A stretch of DNA of 64,000 nt from Mobula birostris (taxonomy: Eukaryota), in the NCBI RefSeq assembly GCF_030028105.1, contig NC_092387.1, forward strand, positions 37,953,590-38,017,589, in the 5' to 3' direction. The translations under genes were made by a program, and so were the position numbers. The first letter of the stretch is position 1. Each line of letters starts with the position of its first letter. A model generated the notes under the pieces. The model had not been told where the DNA came from. It made no database searches and saw only the letters and a program-made list of their open reading frames with translations. Below are positions 1-13,739 of the stretch, piece after piece.

Positions 1-229
1 AGAATTGGACCTTGAATTTAGTTAGACATTTAATTAGCTAGTTTAAACAATTTAGCTCAACATCGAATTGCCTATTTGGTACTGTACTGTTCTATGCTTT
101 ATTGCCATCGAACTTGCTGATAATGCAAAGGCTGATGGCAAGGCAAGTTGCCATTAACCTTTGCGTACAATTTGGGTCTCAAAGTGTCTCTAAGGTTGGC
201 AGAGAAGGACAAATATTCAGCAGGAGATT

Positions 230-830
230 GATGGACTTTATAGGAAAAGTAGGTAATCAGCATCTGTCAAAGACTGAGATTCATCTATCAATGTTATTGG
301 AGGGAGATAGAGGAAGGAGAAATAGAGATGAAGCATCATGTGAGGAGAAATGAGTATCTATTTTGGGTGGAAGAATAGAAATAATAGAAAATATTGTATT
401 AAGAGAAAGGTTTTACAGAATGAGGCACCTGGGTGGTCTCAAGCAGATACAGGAAAGTGCTGGTCTTCATTGCTAAGCAGATGGCGTAGAAAACTATGAA
501 ACTCCTGTGAAAAATATAAAGGACATTACTGAGACCACATCTGAAATATTCTGTACAATTTTAGCCACCTTAATTAAACAAGGATAAATTTGAATTGGAA
601 GCGGTTCAGAAAAGTTTCAATGTGTTTATTCCTGGAACGAGGTGGCTGACCGATGAAGAAAAGCTGAACTTCAAGTTAATTCAGTTTGAAAGAATAGGAG
701 GAAATCTTATTTTAAGATACAAGATTCTGATGGGATCTATAACTAAGAGGCATTGTTTCAGCGTGGGGGATAGACTATGAGAAATTTTAACTTTCAGTAA
801 ATTTTCAGAATCTTCATCTGCAGAGAGCAA
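230..830 (+). mobile_element. Highly degraded CR1 LINE ORF2 3' fragment
   Basis: Remnants such as RPHLKYSVQF..PP and LEAVQKSF. Many stop codons. Confidence 0.55.
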
Positions 831-959
831 TGAAGACGTAATTACCCAATTGGCACTTCAAATAAATGGCTACAAGGTTAAATAAGTTGTGCCCTGAATA
901 CTTAAGGTTGCATAACATTTAGAAAGACCCTACAAGCTATGGTGGTTATTTAAGGAATC

Positions 960-3900
960 TTTTAAAATACACAGAACAGATTCATCCCAATGGGGAAGAA
1001 TAACTGCAAGGAGTGAACCCATCCGTGCTTAAAAAGTTAAACATGCATCATATTTAAAAGAGAAAACGTATAATTCTGCAAATACCATTGGTAGGTCAAA
1101 TGATTGGATAGAATATAAAAAAGGCAAAAAGCAGTAAGATAAATAGGGAAGGAAAATTGCAGTACAGCTATCCGGAAATATAAAAAAAGCTAATTAAAAA
1201 CTACTATAGAGTTTAATAAAAAGTGCTGGGTCTACACAAGATGAGAATGGCAAAATAATAATGGAAATCAATGGGACTTCAGATGATTTTTATAGGCACT
1301 CCACATCAGTATTGAAAATATATATGATCCATAAATCGTTACTATTTAGTAAATGAGATCGAAGAGCTCAGGAAAGTTGCAATCTAGGGATGTGCACTGC
1401 CAACATAAAAACCAAAGAGAGGGCATATAATAGAGCAAAATTTAGTGGGAAGTTAGAGGATTGGGAAGCTTTTAAAAGCCATCAGAATGCAACAAAATAG
1501 TCATTGAGAAGGAAAAGATGGAATATAAGGTAAGCTTGCCAATAATACTAAAGAGGATACCAAAAGTTTCTTCAGATACATAAAATGTAAAAGAGAGGCA
1601 GGGGTGGATATGTGACCACTGGAAAATGATGCTGAGAGATAGTAGTGGGGACAAGGAAATGGTAGTGAACTGAATAAGTATTTTCCATCATTCTTCACTA
1701 TGGAAGACACTAGCAGTATGCCAGAAGTTCGAGTGTGTCGGGATAGAAGTGCTTGAAGTTGCCATTACTAGGGAGAAGGTTCTTGGGAAACTGAAAGGTC
1801 TGAAAGTGGATAAGCTACCTTGACCAGATGATATACACTCCAGGGTTCTGAAGGAGGTGGCTGAAGAGATTGTGGAGGCATTAGTAATGATCTTTCAAGA
1901 ACCAGTGAACTCTGGCATGCTTCTGGAGAAATGGAAAATTGCAAATGTCACTCGACTGTTCAAGAAGGGAGAGAGGCAGAAGAAATGAAATTATAGGACA
2001 GTTAGTCTGACCTCCATGGTTGGGAAGGTATTGGAGTCAATTGTTAAGAATGTGGTTTCAGGGTACTTGGAGACACCTGATAAAATATGCAGTAGTCAAC
2101 ATAGTTTCCTTAAGGGACAATCTTGCCTGGGAAATCTGTTGGAATTCTTTGAAGAAATAGCAAGCTGCTTAATAAGTTAAGAGGACATGGTATTACAGGA
2201 AAGATACTAGCATGGATAAAGCAGTGGCTGATTGACAGGAGGCAAAGCATGGGAATAAAGAGAGCCTTTTCTGGTTGGCTGTCGGTGACTGGTGGTGTTC
2301 CACAGGGGTCTGTGTTGGGCTTCTTTTTATGTTATATGTCAATGATTTGGATGACAGAATTCATGGCTTTGTGGCAAAGTTTGTGGACAATATGAAGATA
2401 GGTAGAGGGGCAGGTAGTTTTGAGGAAGTAGAGAGGCTACAGAAGAACTTAGTCAGATTAGGAGAATGGGCAAAAAAATGGCAGATGGAATACAGTGTTG
2501 GGAATTGTACAGTCATGCACTTTGGTAGAAGAAATAACGGAGTAGACTATTTCCTAAATAGAGAGAAAATTTTAAAATCTGAGGTGCAAAGGGACTTGGG
2601 AGTCCTTGTGCAAGATTCCCTTAAGGTTAAATGCAGGTTGAGTCTGCGGTGAGGAAGGCAAATTAAATGTTAGCATTCATTTCAAGAGCACTAGAATATA
2701 AAAACGAGCATGTAATGTTGAGGCTTTATAAATCACTGGTGACGCCTCAATTGGAGTATTGTGAGCAGTTATGTGCCCCTTGTCTAAGAAAGGATGTGCT
2801 TACATTGGAGAGGGTTCAAAGGAGGTTATGAAAATAATTCTGGGATTGAAAGGCTTGTCATATGAAGTATTTGATGACTCTGTACTCATTAGAATTCAGA
2901 AGAATGAGGGGTGTCCTCACTGAAACCTATTGAATGTTGAATGGCCCAGATAGAATGGATGTGGAGAGGATGTTTCCTATAGTGGGGGAGTCTAAGACCA
3001 GAGGACACAGCCTCAGAATAGAAGGGTGTCCTTTTAAAACAGATATGAGGAGGGATTTCTTCAACCAAAGCGTTGTGAATCTGGAATTTGTTGCCACAGG
3101 CAGCTGTTGAGGCCAAGTCATCATGTATATTTAAGGCAGAGATTGATTAGTCAGGGCATATGAGGATGCAAGGAGAAGGCAGGAGACTGGGGCTGAGAGG
3201 GAAAATGGATGTGCCATGATGAAATGGCAGAGCAGACTTAATGGGACGAATAGCCTAATTCAGCTCCTGTATCTTATGGTCTTAAATAGCTGAAGCGGCT
3301 GGCCGACAACTATTCTAATGCTGAAGGACTTCATCCTAAAGACTTAACGGAAGTGACTTGAGCAGTAGTTGATGCACTGCTTTTAATTCTCTTTCAGGTT
3401 TCACACTTGGGGAAGGTTTCATAAATTTTCCCTTTATTTAAAAACAAGGACATAAAATAGAGAACTACATGGCAATTCAATTCACGTCTGTCATAGAGGC
3501 ATCATGAGAAACTTTTATCAAAGTGATTATACAAGGACACTTAAAAAAATCCTACAAAACCAGACAAAGTCAATAAGGCTTTGAGGAAGGGAAGCATATT
3601 TTTTAGAAGAAGGGACATGGACTATGGATTAATGGATGTTCTACACCTAGATGTCCAGAAGGCAATTGACAAAGTGCCACATCAAAGGCTATTGCGGAAA
3701 TTAAAAGTTCATGGAGTAGCTGTTAAGATTTTCACATGGAAGATTAATTAGCAAGAAATATTGAGCAACAAAATGATTTTTCTGGTTACTAAAATGCAAT
3801 TTGGTGCTGTGCCATAAGGATCAGTGCTAGAGCCTCAGTGTTTTACAAATTATATAATTGACTTGAGTATAGTTAAATTTGCTGAGGATATGAAGATCTG

Positions 3901-4400
3901 TATGTAAGGAACCAAGTTGTGAAGAGAAACCTATAAATGAATGAAGATAGGTTAAACGAGTGGATAAGTAATGGCAGAATATCATGTGGAAAAATTGAAA
4001 TTGTCTATTTTGGTATGCAAAATAATAAAATAATAAAATTAGTTTATTATTTAAATTTGAGAGATTACAGAGCTCTGAGATGCAGTGAGATCTGTGTATC
4101 CTAATGCATGATTCATAATAATGTTAGAATCCAAATAATGATAGAATCCAAAGCTAGGGGTCACTATCAAAAATAAATAAAATGAGCTTTTTTCCCCTGA
4201 GGGTTATGAGCCTTTGGAATGCTTCTTCACAAGTAATGATGGAAGCACAGTGAAAATTTTTAAGATGGGGTATATAGATAACCGAAAAGGGTTGAAATGT
4301 TACCACAGGGAGATGGGACTGAGAAGCTGAAATTACAGTCAGATCAGTCATGACCTTATTAATTGGAGAGCAAAGTTGAAGGTTGACTTGTCTACTGTAC
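960..4400 (+). mobile_element. Old CR1 LINE (about 960-1404 and 3284-4400) interrupted by a younger CR1
   Basis: Degraded CR1 ORF2 sequence on both sides of the 1405-3283 copy, e.g. GLHPKDLTEV and YLDVQKAIDKVPHQRL at about 3640-3690. Confidence 0.55.
1405..3283 (+). mobile_element. 5'-truncated CR1 LINE (RT region and 3' tail), frameshifted
   Basis: ORF 2275..2652 (YVNDLD...KFVDNMKIG...WQMEY...MHFG) plus CR1 3' UTR ending tcttatggtctt. Internal deletion near 2165. Confidence 0.9.
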
Positions 4401-4620
4401 TACTAATAATTTAAAGCCAAGATGGACCAGCGTTTGTGATAAGGACCATTATGGGGTATAGTCAGAAACATGGAGCTGAACTTATTAAGTGGTGGGTAGG
4501 CTGAAGGAGCCACATGGCCTTCTACAGCTCCTACTTTCCAAGTTCTTGGTCTCCAGAACGGTGAGGGCCTACTGTGCACTCCACAACACTGGCAGCAGTG
4601 GAAGTTGAATACACACACCA

Positions 4621-7600
4621 ATTTTTAAAAATCTATTAATTTAAGGGATGTGGGCATTGCCAGCTAAGCCAGCATTTATTGCCCTTCCCTGGTTGACCTT
4701 GAGAAGGTGGTGATGAGCTGTCTTCTTGAACCGCTGCAGTCCCTGAGGTGTAAGTACACCCATAGTGCTATTAGGGAGGGAATTCCATGATTCTGACCCA
4801 GTGACAATGAAGGAACAGCGATATGTTTCCAAGTCAGGATGGTGAGTGAACTGGAGGGGGATTTCCAAGTGATGGTGTTCCCAGGTATCTGCTGTTCTTG
4901 TCCTTCTAGATGGTAGTGGTCATAGGTCTGGAAGGTGCTGCCTTAGGAACTGTGGTGTGTTGTTGCAGTGCATCTTGTAGATAGTACACACTGCTGTAAC
5001 TGTTTGTCGATGGTGGAGGGAATGGATGCTTATAGAAGGGGTACCATTCAAGTGGGCTGCCTTGTACTGGATGGTGTCAAGCTTCTTGAGTGTTGATGGA
5101 GCTGCACTCATCCAAGTGAGTGGGGAGTATTTCATTACACACCTAACCTGAGCCTTGTAGATGGTGGACAGGTTTTGGGGAGTCAGGAGGTGAGTTACGC
5201 ACCGCAGGATTCCTGGCCTTTGACCTGCTCTGGTAGCCACGGTGTTTATATGGCTAGACCAGTTCAGTTTCCTGTCAATGGTAACCCCCAGGATGTTGAT
5301 TGTAGGAGATGGTGAGAACGTCTCTTGTTGGAGATGGTCATTGCCTGGCACCTGCGTGGCTCGAATGTTACTTGCCACTTGTCAGACCAACCCTCAATAT
5401 TGCCCAGGTCCTGCTGCATTTAGGTATGAACTGCTTTACTATCTGAGGAGTCAGGGATGGTGCAGAACATTGTGCAGTCATCTGTGAAAATCCCCACTTC
5501 TGATCTTATGACAGAAGGAAGGTCATTGATGAAGCAGCTGAAGATGGTTGGTCCTAAGACAAATCCCTGAGGAACCCCTGCAGTGATGTCCTGAGGATGA
5601 GATGACTGACCTCCAACCACCACAACCATCTTCCTTTGTGTCAGGTATGATCCCAACCACCCTAATTCCCATATTGACTCCATTTTAGCTAGGGCACCTT
5701 GATGCCATACTCGGTCAAATGCTGCCTTGATGTTGAAGGCTATCACTCTCACCTCATCTCTGGTATTTTGCTCTTTGGTCCATGTTTGGACCCAGGAGGT
5801 GATGAGGTCAGGAGCTGAGTGGCCTTGATGGAACTGGACATCCATAAGCAGGTTATTGCTGAGTAGGTGCTGCAGGATAGGACTGTTGATAACCCTTCCA
5901 TTACTTTGCTGATATTTGAGAGTAGGCTGATAGGGCGGTAATTGGCTGTGTTGGACTTGTCCAGTTTCTTGTGTACAGGACATACCTGGGCAATTTTCCA
6001 CATTGCCGGGTAAATGCCGATGTTATAACTGTACTGAAACAGTTTGGCTAGTGGCACAGCAAATTCTGGAGCACGTCTATTGCCAGGATTTTGTATGGGC
6101 TCATAGCCTCCGCAGTATTCAGTTCTTTCAGCCATTTCTTGATACCACATGGAGTGAATCGGATTGGCTGCATATTGACATCTGGGATGCTGGGGACTTC
6201 TAGAGAAGGCCGACCTGGATCATCTACTCAGCACTTCTGACTGAAGATTGTTGCAAATGGCTCAGCCTTACCTTTTGCACAGGTGTGCTGGGCTCCTCTA
6301 TCACTGAGGGTGGGGATATTTGTGGAGCCTCCTCCTCCGGTGAGTCATTTGATTGCTGGATGTGGCAGAAGTACAGAGCTAAGATCTGACCTGATGGTTG
6401 TGGGACCACTTCACTCTTTCTGTTACTTGCTGTTTATGGAGTTTGGCATGCAAGTAGTCCTGTATTGTGGCTTCACCAGGGTGACGCCTCATATTGAGGT
6501 ATTCCTGGTGTTGTTCTTGGCGTGCCGTCCTGTACTCTTCATTGAACCAGGGTTGATCCCCTGGCCTGGTGGTAATGTTAGAGTGGCGGATATGCCGGAC
6601 TATGAGGTTACATATAGTAGTTGAGTACAATTCTGCTGCTGCTGATGGCCCACAGCACCTCATAGATGCCGAGTCTTAGGCTGCTAGGTCTGATCGAAGT
6701 CTATCCCACTTAGTACAGTGGTAGTGCCACACAATGCGGTAGAGGGTTTCTTCAATGTGGAGACAGGATTTAGTCTCCACAAACACTTCTACCAATGTTG
6801 TCATGGACAGATGCTTCCGCGGCAGGCAGGTTGGTGAGAATGAGGTCAAGTGTGTTTTTCCCTCTTGTTGGTTCCCTCACCGCCTGCTGTAGTCCCAGTC
6901 TAGTAGCTATGTCCAGTAGGACCCAACCAGCTCGGTCTGTGGTGGTACTACCAAACCACTCTTGGTGATGGACATTGAAGTCCCCCACCCAGAGTGCATT
7001 CTGTATCCTTGCCACCCTCAACGCCTCCTCCAAGTGCTGCTCAACATGGAGAAGTACTGATTGATCAGCTGAGGGAGGGTGGTACGTGGTAATCAGCAGG
7101 AGGTTTCCTTGCCCATGTTTAACTTGGTGCCACGAGACTTCATGGGGTCCAGAGTCAATGTTGCAAGTTGCTAGGGCAACTCCCTCTCTACTGTATACCA
7201 GTGTGCCACCACCTCTGCTAGGCCTGTCCTGATGCTGAGACAGTACATGCCCAGGAATGGTGATGGTGGAGTCTGGAATGTTAATGGTAAGGTATGATTC
7301 TGTCACTACAACAATGTTAGGCTAGTCTGTGAGACAGCTCTCCCAACTTTGGCACAAGTCCCCAGATGTTAGTAAGGAGGCCTTTGACAGGGCTGGTTTG
7401 ATTTTGTCGTTTCCAGTGCCTCGGTCGACGCCAGGTTATCCGTCCAGGTTCATTCCTTATTGTTTTCTTTTTAGCGGTTGGATACAACTGAATGGCTTGC
7501 TAGGCCATTTCAGAGGGCATTGCAGTGGGTCTGGAGTCACATTTAGGCTAGACCAGGTAAGGATGGCAGGATTCCTCCCCTAAAGGACATTAGTGAACTA

Positions 7601-7740
7601 GATGGGTTTTTACAACAATCGATATGGTTTCATGGTCATCAGGTATTTTTATTGAATTCATGGTGGGATTCACACTCATGTCCCCAGCGTATAATTTGGT
7701 CTCTGGATTATTGATCCAGTGGTAAATACCACTATGCCAA
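4621..7740 (-). mobile_element. About 3.1-kb CR1/L2-superfamily LINE with APE endonuclease and RT (frameshifted), preceded by a tRNA-like head
   Basis: APE motifs TES(Y)L, GGG, VGDFNVHH and LDLILTN (ORF 6770..7306). RT motifs YRPISLL, AFDRVWH, GVPQG..LGP and FTDD (ORFs 5420..6150). 3' tail at about 4621-4700; box A/B-like motifs at 7665-7739. Confidence 0.9.
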
Positions 7741-8639
7741 ATCTTCCCTTGACTGTAATAAAAAGCTGATGGAAGAACATGCCAACAGTGGGAGAAAAGT
7801 GGATAAAGTTGCTGCCAGGTAACTTCTATCACTGATGTTCTGTTGCCTCCAGGAATTCATCCATGTGCCAAGTGGCAAACTTCTCCTCAACCCTCCCAAC
7901 ACACACACTAGCCTTGCATGCATTTGCCTGTCTAATGATGTGTCCTGGACCTGAAACACCAACCGTTTCTCTTTATACAGATGCTGTGACAAGCCACTTT
8001 TATACATCTAGACCATTGTTTCTATTTAGTGGCTTTGAGACAAAGAAATCCTTGACTCTGTACTAACCAACATTAGTTCTTTGTACGTCAGAAAAATGTT
8101 ATATAGGTGAAAGGTACTCTTATATAGATATTATACATAACAGCTGAAATCCAATTAGAAGTGTAAAGACTTATCCAACCCCCTCTTTCCTTTCCTCCTC
8201 CCTTCCTCCATCAGCATCCTGCATTAAAATCCCAGTCTTTGAGAGATGGCTTTGGACGTGCCCTTGATCCAGCTGCCTATCAACGAAGGACATTTAATTA
8301 TAAAACTCTGCGGAAAGTTGCCATACCTGCCCCACTATGAAGGATTCTTCCCAGTGTTTCCCAGAAGTTCCATCTGAATTGTATGGATCCAGGTAATTAT
8401 CTGTCTACTTTGGAATCAGCTGAGTCCTGACCATGGATCTTTAATGTACAAGGTTACAGTTGCTGAAGGTCAATTACCCGGAGGAATAAGATGTCATGTA
8501 CTGATCTTGCTAATTCACCATTTCCAGTTTTACATCAACTGACTAATTTGGCTTGGACAATAATATATACACACTTGGAATGTTCCCCAGCAATGATGGT
8601 TTGTTCTGACAAACTATGGTAAAATTGGATGAATTCCAA

Positions 8640-8880
8640 TTCCCAGTAGGTATTGTCAGTCAATCACATAATGAGAGGTTGGAGTAAAGTGTAGGCCAGT
8701 CAAGCTGCGCAGCTGGTTTCCTTTCCATGGGAAAGGGGCATGAATGGATCTCTTAGGGTTTTGTTTAACAACCTAGCACCTTTCATGATTGTGTTAGCTT
8801 GTGCTAACACAGATCACAGATGCAATACATTCAATTTTCCATCATGGCATCATGGGATTTGAACTCACAACCAAAGTGTG
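8640..8880 (-). mobile_element. Degraded tRNA-headed SINE related to the head of the 4621-7740 element
   Basis: Box B-like GAGTTCAAATCCC on the minus strand and weak collinearity with 7520-7740. Confidence 0.35.
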
Positions 8881-10339
8881 AATTATGAGTGAAGAAGCAC
8901 ATATGTGTTTGTGTGAATGGGGTGGAGGGTTGGGAGTATCAAGGAAGCTGCCATTTCCACCCCAAAGCGTAGTTTTATACATCCTTAATAAATGAGCTGC
9001 ATCCCTCGCCTTCATCTCATTAACCAAGAATGGATCATTTTCTGAGCCACAAGAATGGAATTAACACCCACAGAGGAATGGATTTCTTCAACCTCGGTCA
9101 CTTCATTCATCTGATTTCGCAGTGTCCCTTTTTCTTCCCGACCGAAGGATTTGAAATTTTCTCTGCACTTTCTTCAAAGTCTGGTCTTCTCTTCCTCTCA
9201 TACATCGGAGTTATGATTCTGCCACAGGCATGGCTAGTTATGGAATCATTAACTCACCTGATAAGGCTTTAGAACACAAGGAAAGCAGTCATCAACAATA
9301 CAGAACAGTGGATCCTTAAGTTTTAAATGGAGAGCCTAATTCTTTATCAAAGGGCTGCAGATTGAGACTGGTACATTGAGCAGTCTGCTGGAGACGTGGT
9401 TAATTCAAAACCAGCGTAATGACTAGACAGATTAAACAAATAATGATTAACTCAAGGACAAGGCTGAGCGCATTTCAGAAGGTCATTCACATGACTTCTC
9501 TCAAGCAGGTATCTTAATGGTTTGGATGGATATTGAGTGGGTAAAGGGCAGTACGATCTCCCTCTGTTACTGAGTGTAGCACTTGAACTACATCAAGCAA
9601 TGGGACTGACTTTGGCAGGATTGATCCTATCTTCTTAAAAACCTTCCCATTTGTTGAGGTAGATACCGTTGGCTGAATCAAGTGGGAGATGCAGAAAATA
9701 AGGGGAAATCAAGACATATTAGGGTACTTTTTCCAGTAGCTTTTCCACTGCTGACAAGGTGACAAGCAAAAGTTCTGCCCCTTTGCATTATCAAACCAAT
9801 TATAAATAAAATCTTATTGGAAAGAGGGCCTCTTCTGAATCAGGCAAGCTTCTGAGTGGAGAAAATTGGAAAAGTCAGGAAGGTGAGAATGAAAGCCAAA
9901 GTACCACCAATTCTGAACTGTTATTGCCCCAAACCTGTCAAGCAGAATGATTTTAAATCAGCTTCCTAAATTTTTTTTAGATAATATCTAAATGCTGGAC
10001 CATTGGCCATGTGAGATGATCTTTATTCACAACTTCCTGAGATCTGAATTTGTCTTCGGCTTTAACTCAGACAGTACTGTAGAGAGTGTACATATAGACA
10101 AAAAAAATCTGTTCGGCTTATTGTCAGTGAAAAATAATCCAATGAGTTCTGCTTTGATGCCTGATAACCTTGGTCAGTCTCCCACTTTAAAGGAATATTT
10201 AATTTGCTTTTTAAAGTTAATTATTAAATCTGCTTCCTTGATTCCTTGAGAGAAAAATTCAGAACAAAGCAACTCACAATATCATTTTAAAAATTGCCTT
10301 CATTCTCCTGGATGTATTGTTAATCATTCTGAGTTTGTG

Positions 10340-10608
10340 CTCTGACTGAAACTGAGCTTCATAGATTATCATTGTCCACAGAAAATCACGCACACTTAAG
10401 ACAGGCCTTGATTTAAAAATTCTCATCCTTGTTTTATAATCCTCTCCATAACCTCCACCAGGCTCATAATCTGACACTGTTGTACCCCTGGATTCTTGTT
10501 CATTGATCCACCACTGATGGCAATGTTTTCAGTTAACTCAAACCCAAGCCCTGTCTACAAATTTCTCTACCTCCCTACCAGTCTGCTCTAAGATGCTCCT
10601 TAAAAGCT
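10340..10608 (+). mobile_element. Degraded L2-like 3' fragment
   Basis: FKILIL..K.L-like remnant followed by aagatgctccttaaaa, typical of L2 ORF2 ends. Confidence 0.4.
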
Positions 10609-11190
10609 TCAGGAGGGCCAGATGCTTTTCATGGGCCCAGCCTTCAGGAGGGTGAACTCACAAAAAGCACCTGGCCCAGACAGGGTGTCTAGCCAAGTAC
10701 CAAAGACCTGTGCTGATCGACTGGCTGGAGAGTTCATTGAGATCTTTAACCTCTCGCTTTGGCAGTCTGAGCTACCCACCTGCTTCAGGGAGACTTCACT
10801 TATACTGGTTCCGAAGAAGAATGTGGTAAACCCTGTCTCAATATCGTCCAGTGACACTTACATCCACAGTGATGAAGTGTTTTGAGAGGTTGACGATGAA
10901 ACATATCAACTCCTGTCTGAGAAGCAACTTGGATCCACTCCAATTTGCCTTCTGGAGCAACAGGTCCATAGCAGATGCTAACTCGTTGGCTTTTCACTCA
11001 ATCTGAAACATCTTGAAAGCAAAGATGCATACATCAGGATGCTCTTTATCGACTACAGCTCAGCATTCACTACTATCATCCCCTCAAAACTAATCAAGAG
11101 CTTGGCCTCAATATATCCTTTAATTCTTGATTTCCTCACTTGCAGACCCTGGTCAGTTCAGATTGGCAACAACATCTCCTCCACAATCCG
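10609..11190 (+). mobile_element. Rex1/Babar LINE RT fragment
   Basis: AFRRVN..KAPGPD...TCADRLAG..IFNLSL and [10 protein letters not shown] motifs. Confidence 0.85.
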
Positions 11191-11364
11191 GTCTGTTGCA
11201 CCATCCACCCTTGGAATACAAGTAAAACAGTATTTCTGCTTTATTTGGATGTGATTGTTTAAATGCTTACCACCTTCTCCAAGATTTTATACAGCGATCC
11301 TCTTTTCTACAACCAAAGGCCCATATTACTTTATTAAGAAGGTTTGTTTGAAGTTTCTCTGTAA

Positions 11365-12400
11365 TCTTACAGAGAAAGTTTACAAGAATGTTGCTGGGTC
11401 TTGAGGACCTGAGTTCTATTGAAAGGTTAAGTAGGTTAGAACTTTATTCCCTGGAGTGTAGGAGAATGAGGGGAGATCAGAATCAGAATCAGGTTTAATA
11501 TCACCAGCATATGTCATGAAAATTGTTAACTTAGTGACAGCAGTACAATGCAAAACATCATAATATAGAAAGGTAAATTAAATTAATTACAGTAAGTATA
11601 TACTGTATATGTATATTAAATAGATTAAAAATAGTGTAAAAACAGAAATAATAAAAAAGTGAGGTAGTGTTCATGGGTTCAATGTCCATTGAGGAATCAG
11701 ATGGCAGAGGGGAAGAAGCTGTTCCTGAATCACTGAATGTGTGCCTTCAGGCTTCTGGACCTCCTACCTGATGGTAACAATGAGAAAAGGGCATGTCCTG
11801 CGTGATAGGGGTCGTTGATAATGGACTCCGCTTTTCTGAGCCACTGTTCCTTGAAGATATCTTAAATACTACTGAGGTTAGTACCCAAGATGGAGCTGAC
11901 TAATTTTACAACTTTCTGTAGCTTCTTTTGATCCTGTGCAGTGGCCCTTCCATACCAAACAGTGATGCAGCCTGTCAAAATACTTTCCATGGTACATCTG
12001 AAGAAGTTTTTGAGTGTTTCTCCTCAAACTCTTAATGAAATATAGCCGCTGTCTTGCCTTCTTTGATAGAGGTATACAAAATTATGAGGGGTGTAGACAG
12101 GGTAAATTAAAGCAGATTTTTTCCAGTAAGGTTAGGTGAGGCTAGAAGTCAAGGGTTGAATATTGAGGGGTAACTTCTTCGCTTAGGGTGGTGAGAGTGT
12201 GGAATGAGCTGCCAACAGAAGTAGTGGATGTAGGTTTAATTTCAGCATTTAAGACAAATTTGGATAAGTACATGGATAGGAGGGGTATGGAGGGCTATGG
12301 TCCAGGTGTGGGTCCACAGGACTACGCAGAATAATGGTTTGTCACAGTAGATGGGCTGAATGGCATGTTTCTGTGCTATAGTATTCTATGACTCTATAAC
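11365..12400 (+). mobile_element. CR1 3' fragment split by a minus-strand Rex1 3' end (about 11478-12063)
   Basis: CR1 sequence gaggggagat...ttgatagaggtatacaaa is interrupted by an (atcaga)n-tailed Rex1 fragment. Confidence 0.8.
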
Positions 12401-12814
12401 TTTAAGTTTATGACAGATAGAAAATGATGAATGGAAAAAGACCAATATCATATTCTTCATCTTCTATCATCCCTGTAGTCATGTTGACAAAAGTGACAGA
12501 GCTGTTGTTTAATTGTAGCAAACTGCCTCTACCAACTAATCTACAACAGATCTAAACAAAAACTGGGGGAATCTTGGGAAACTTCAAAGACTTGTAAATT
12601 CAAAGACATGTATTTTCCCAAAAATGTTTCAATTGACATGTTCCAAATCATACTACATCCCAAAATGTTACTTTCTGAAAGATTTAAATTAGATTTCTGC
12701 AATTCATAACATCAACAATCATCAGTAATTCCACAATCAACACCAAACCAATATGTGTAGGTGTGCACAGCTTCCTTTTGATTTTCTTTAAACCATACAG
12801 TCAAACAGCTTGGT

Positions 12815-12955
12815 AACAAACATGAGAAAATCTGCAGACGCTGCAAATCCAAGGCAAAACACACAGATGTCCTGATGAAGGGTGTCGGCCTGAAAGGTCG
12901 ACTGTTTATTCAGTTCCATAAATGCTGTCTGATCCAGTACCTCTGGCAGTTCATT
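12815..12955. mobile_element. Penelope-like terminal-repeat fragment in an inverted arrangement, with a hammerhead core
   Basis: aaatctgcagacgctg... joined to cctgatgaagggtgtcggcctgaaaggtcgactg. Confidence 0.7.
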
Positions 12956-13351
12956 CCGCATATTGAACAGCTGCTCGGTGGAAAAGTTGCTCACCAGGTT
13001 CCTATTAAATCTATCTCTTTCACTTTAAGTCTATGCCTTCTATTTGTTGACTCTCCGAATGTAGGATAAAAACTGTGTGCATAAAATGGGGAACGATCAT
13101 CCTGGCAGCTTTCCAATAAAATGTAAAAGTGCTATATAAATAGAGGTCTCTAAAAGTACCATCCTACTTTCACCGAAACAATCTTCATTAATCCTTGCTC
13201 AAGGACAGTATCTTAATGTGCTATATTTTTTATTTTCTACACCTGGCTGCTCCATCTCTTTGCTGAGACAGTAAACTTCAGGGAAGAATTATAGGTACTT
13301 CTGCATTGGGAAGCCATTAGGGATTATGAACCAGAGTGAGACAATGAGACT

Positions 13352-13735
13352 ATGATAGCATAAGAGAAAGGAGCAGAATTCAGCCATTCAGGCCTTCGAT
13401 ATACTCTGACATTTCATCATAGCTGATCCATTTTCCCTCTCAATCCCGTTCTCCTGCCTTCTCCCCATAACCTTTCACACCCTGACTAATCATAATCTAT
13501 CAAGCTCCGCTTTAATACACAGAAAGACCTGGCCTCCACAGCTGCCTGTTGCAACATGTTCCACAGATTCACCACCCTCTGGCTAAAGACTTCCTCCTTG
13601 CCTCCCTTTTAAATAGATGTCCCTCTATTCTGAGGCTGTGCCCTCTGGTCCTAGACTCCACCATTATAGGAAACATCCTCTTTACATCCACTCTATCCAA
13701 TATTCGATAGGTTTCAAATAGATTCCCCCTCACCC
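13352..13735 (-). mobile_element. CR1 3' end
   Basis: Reverse complement of 2920-3283. Confidence 0.85.
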
Positions 13736-13739
13736 ACCC

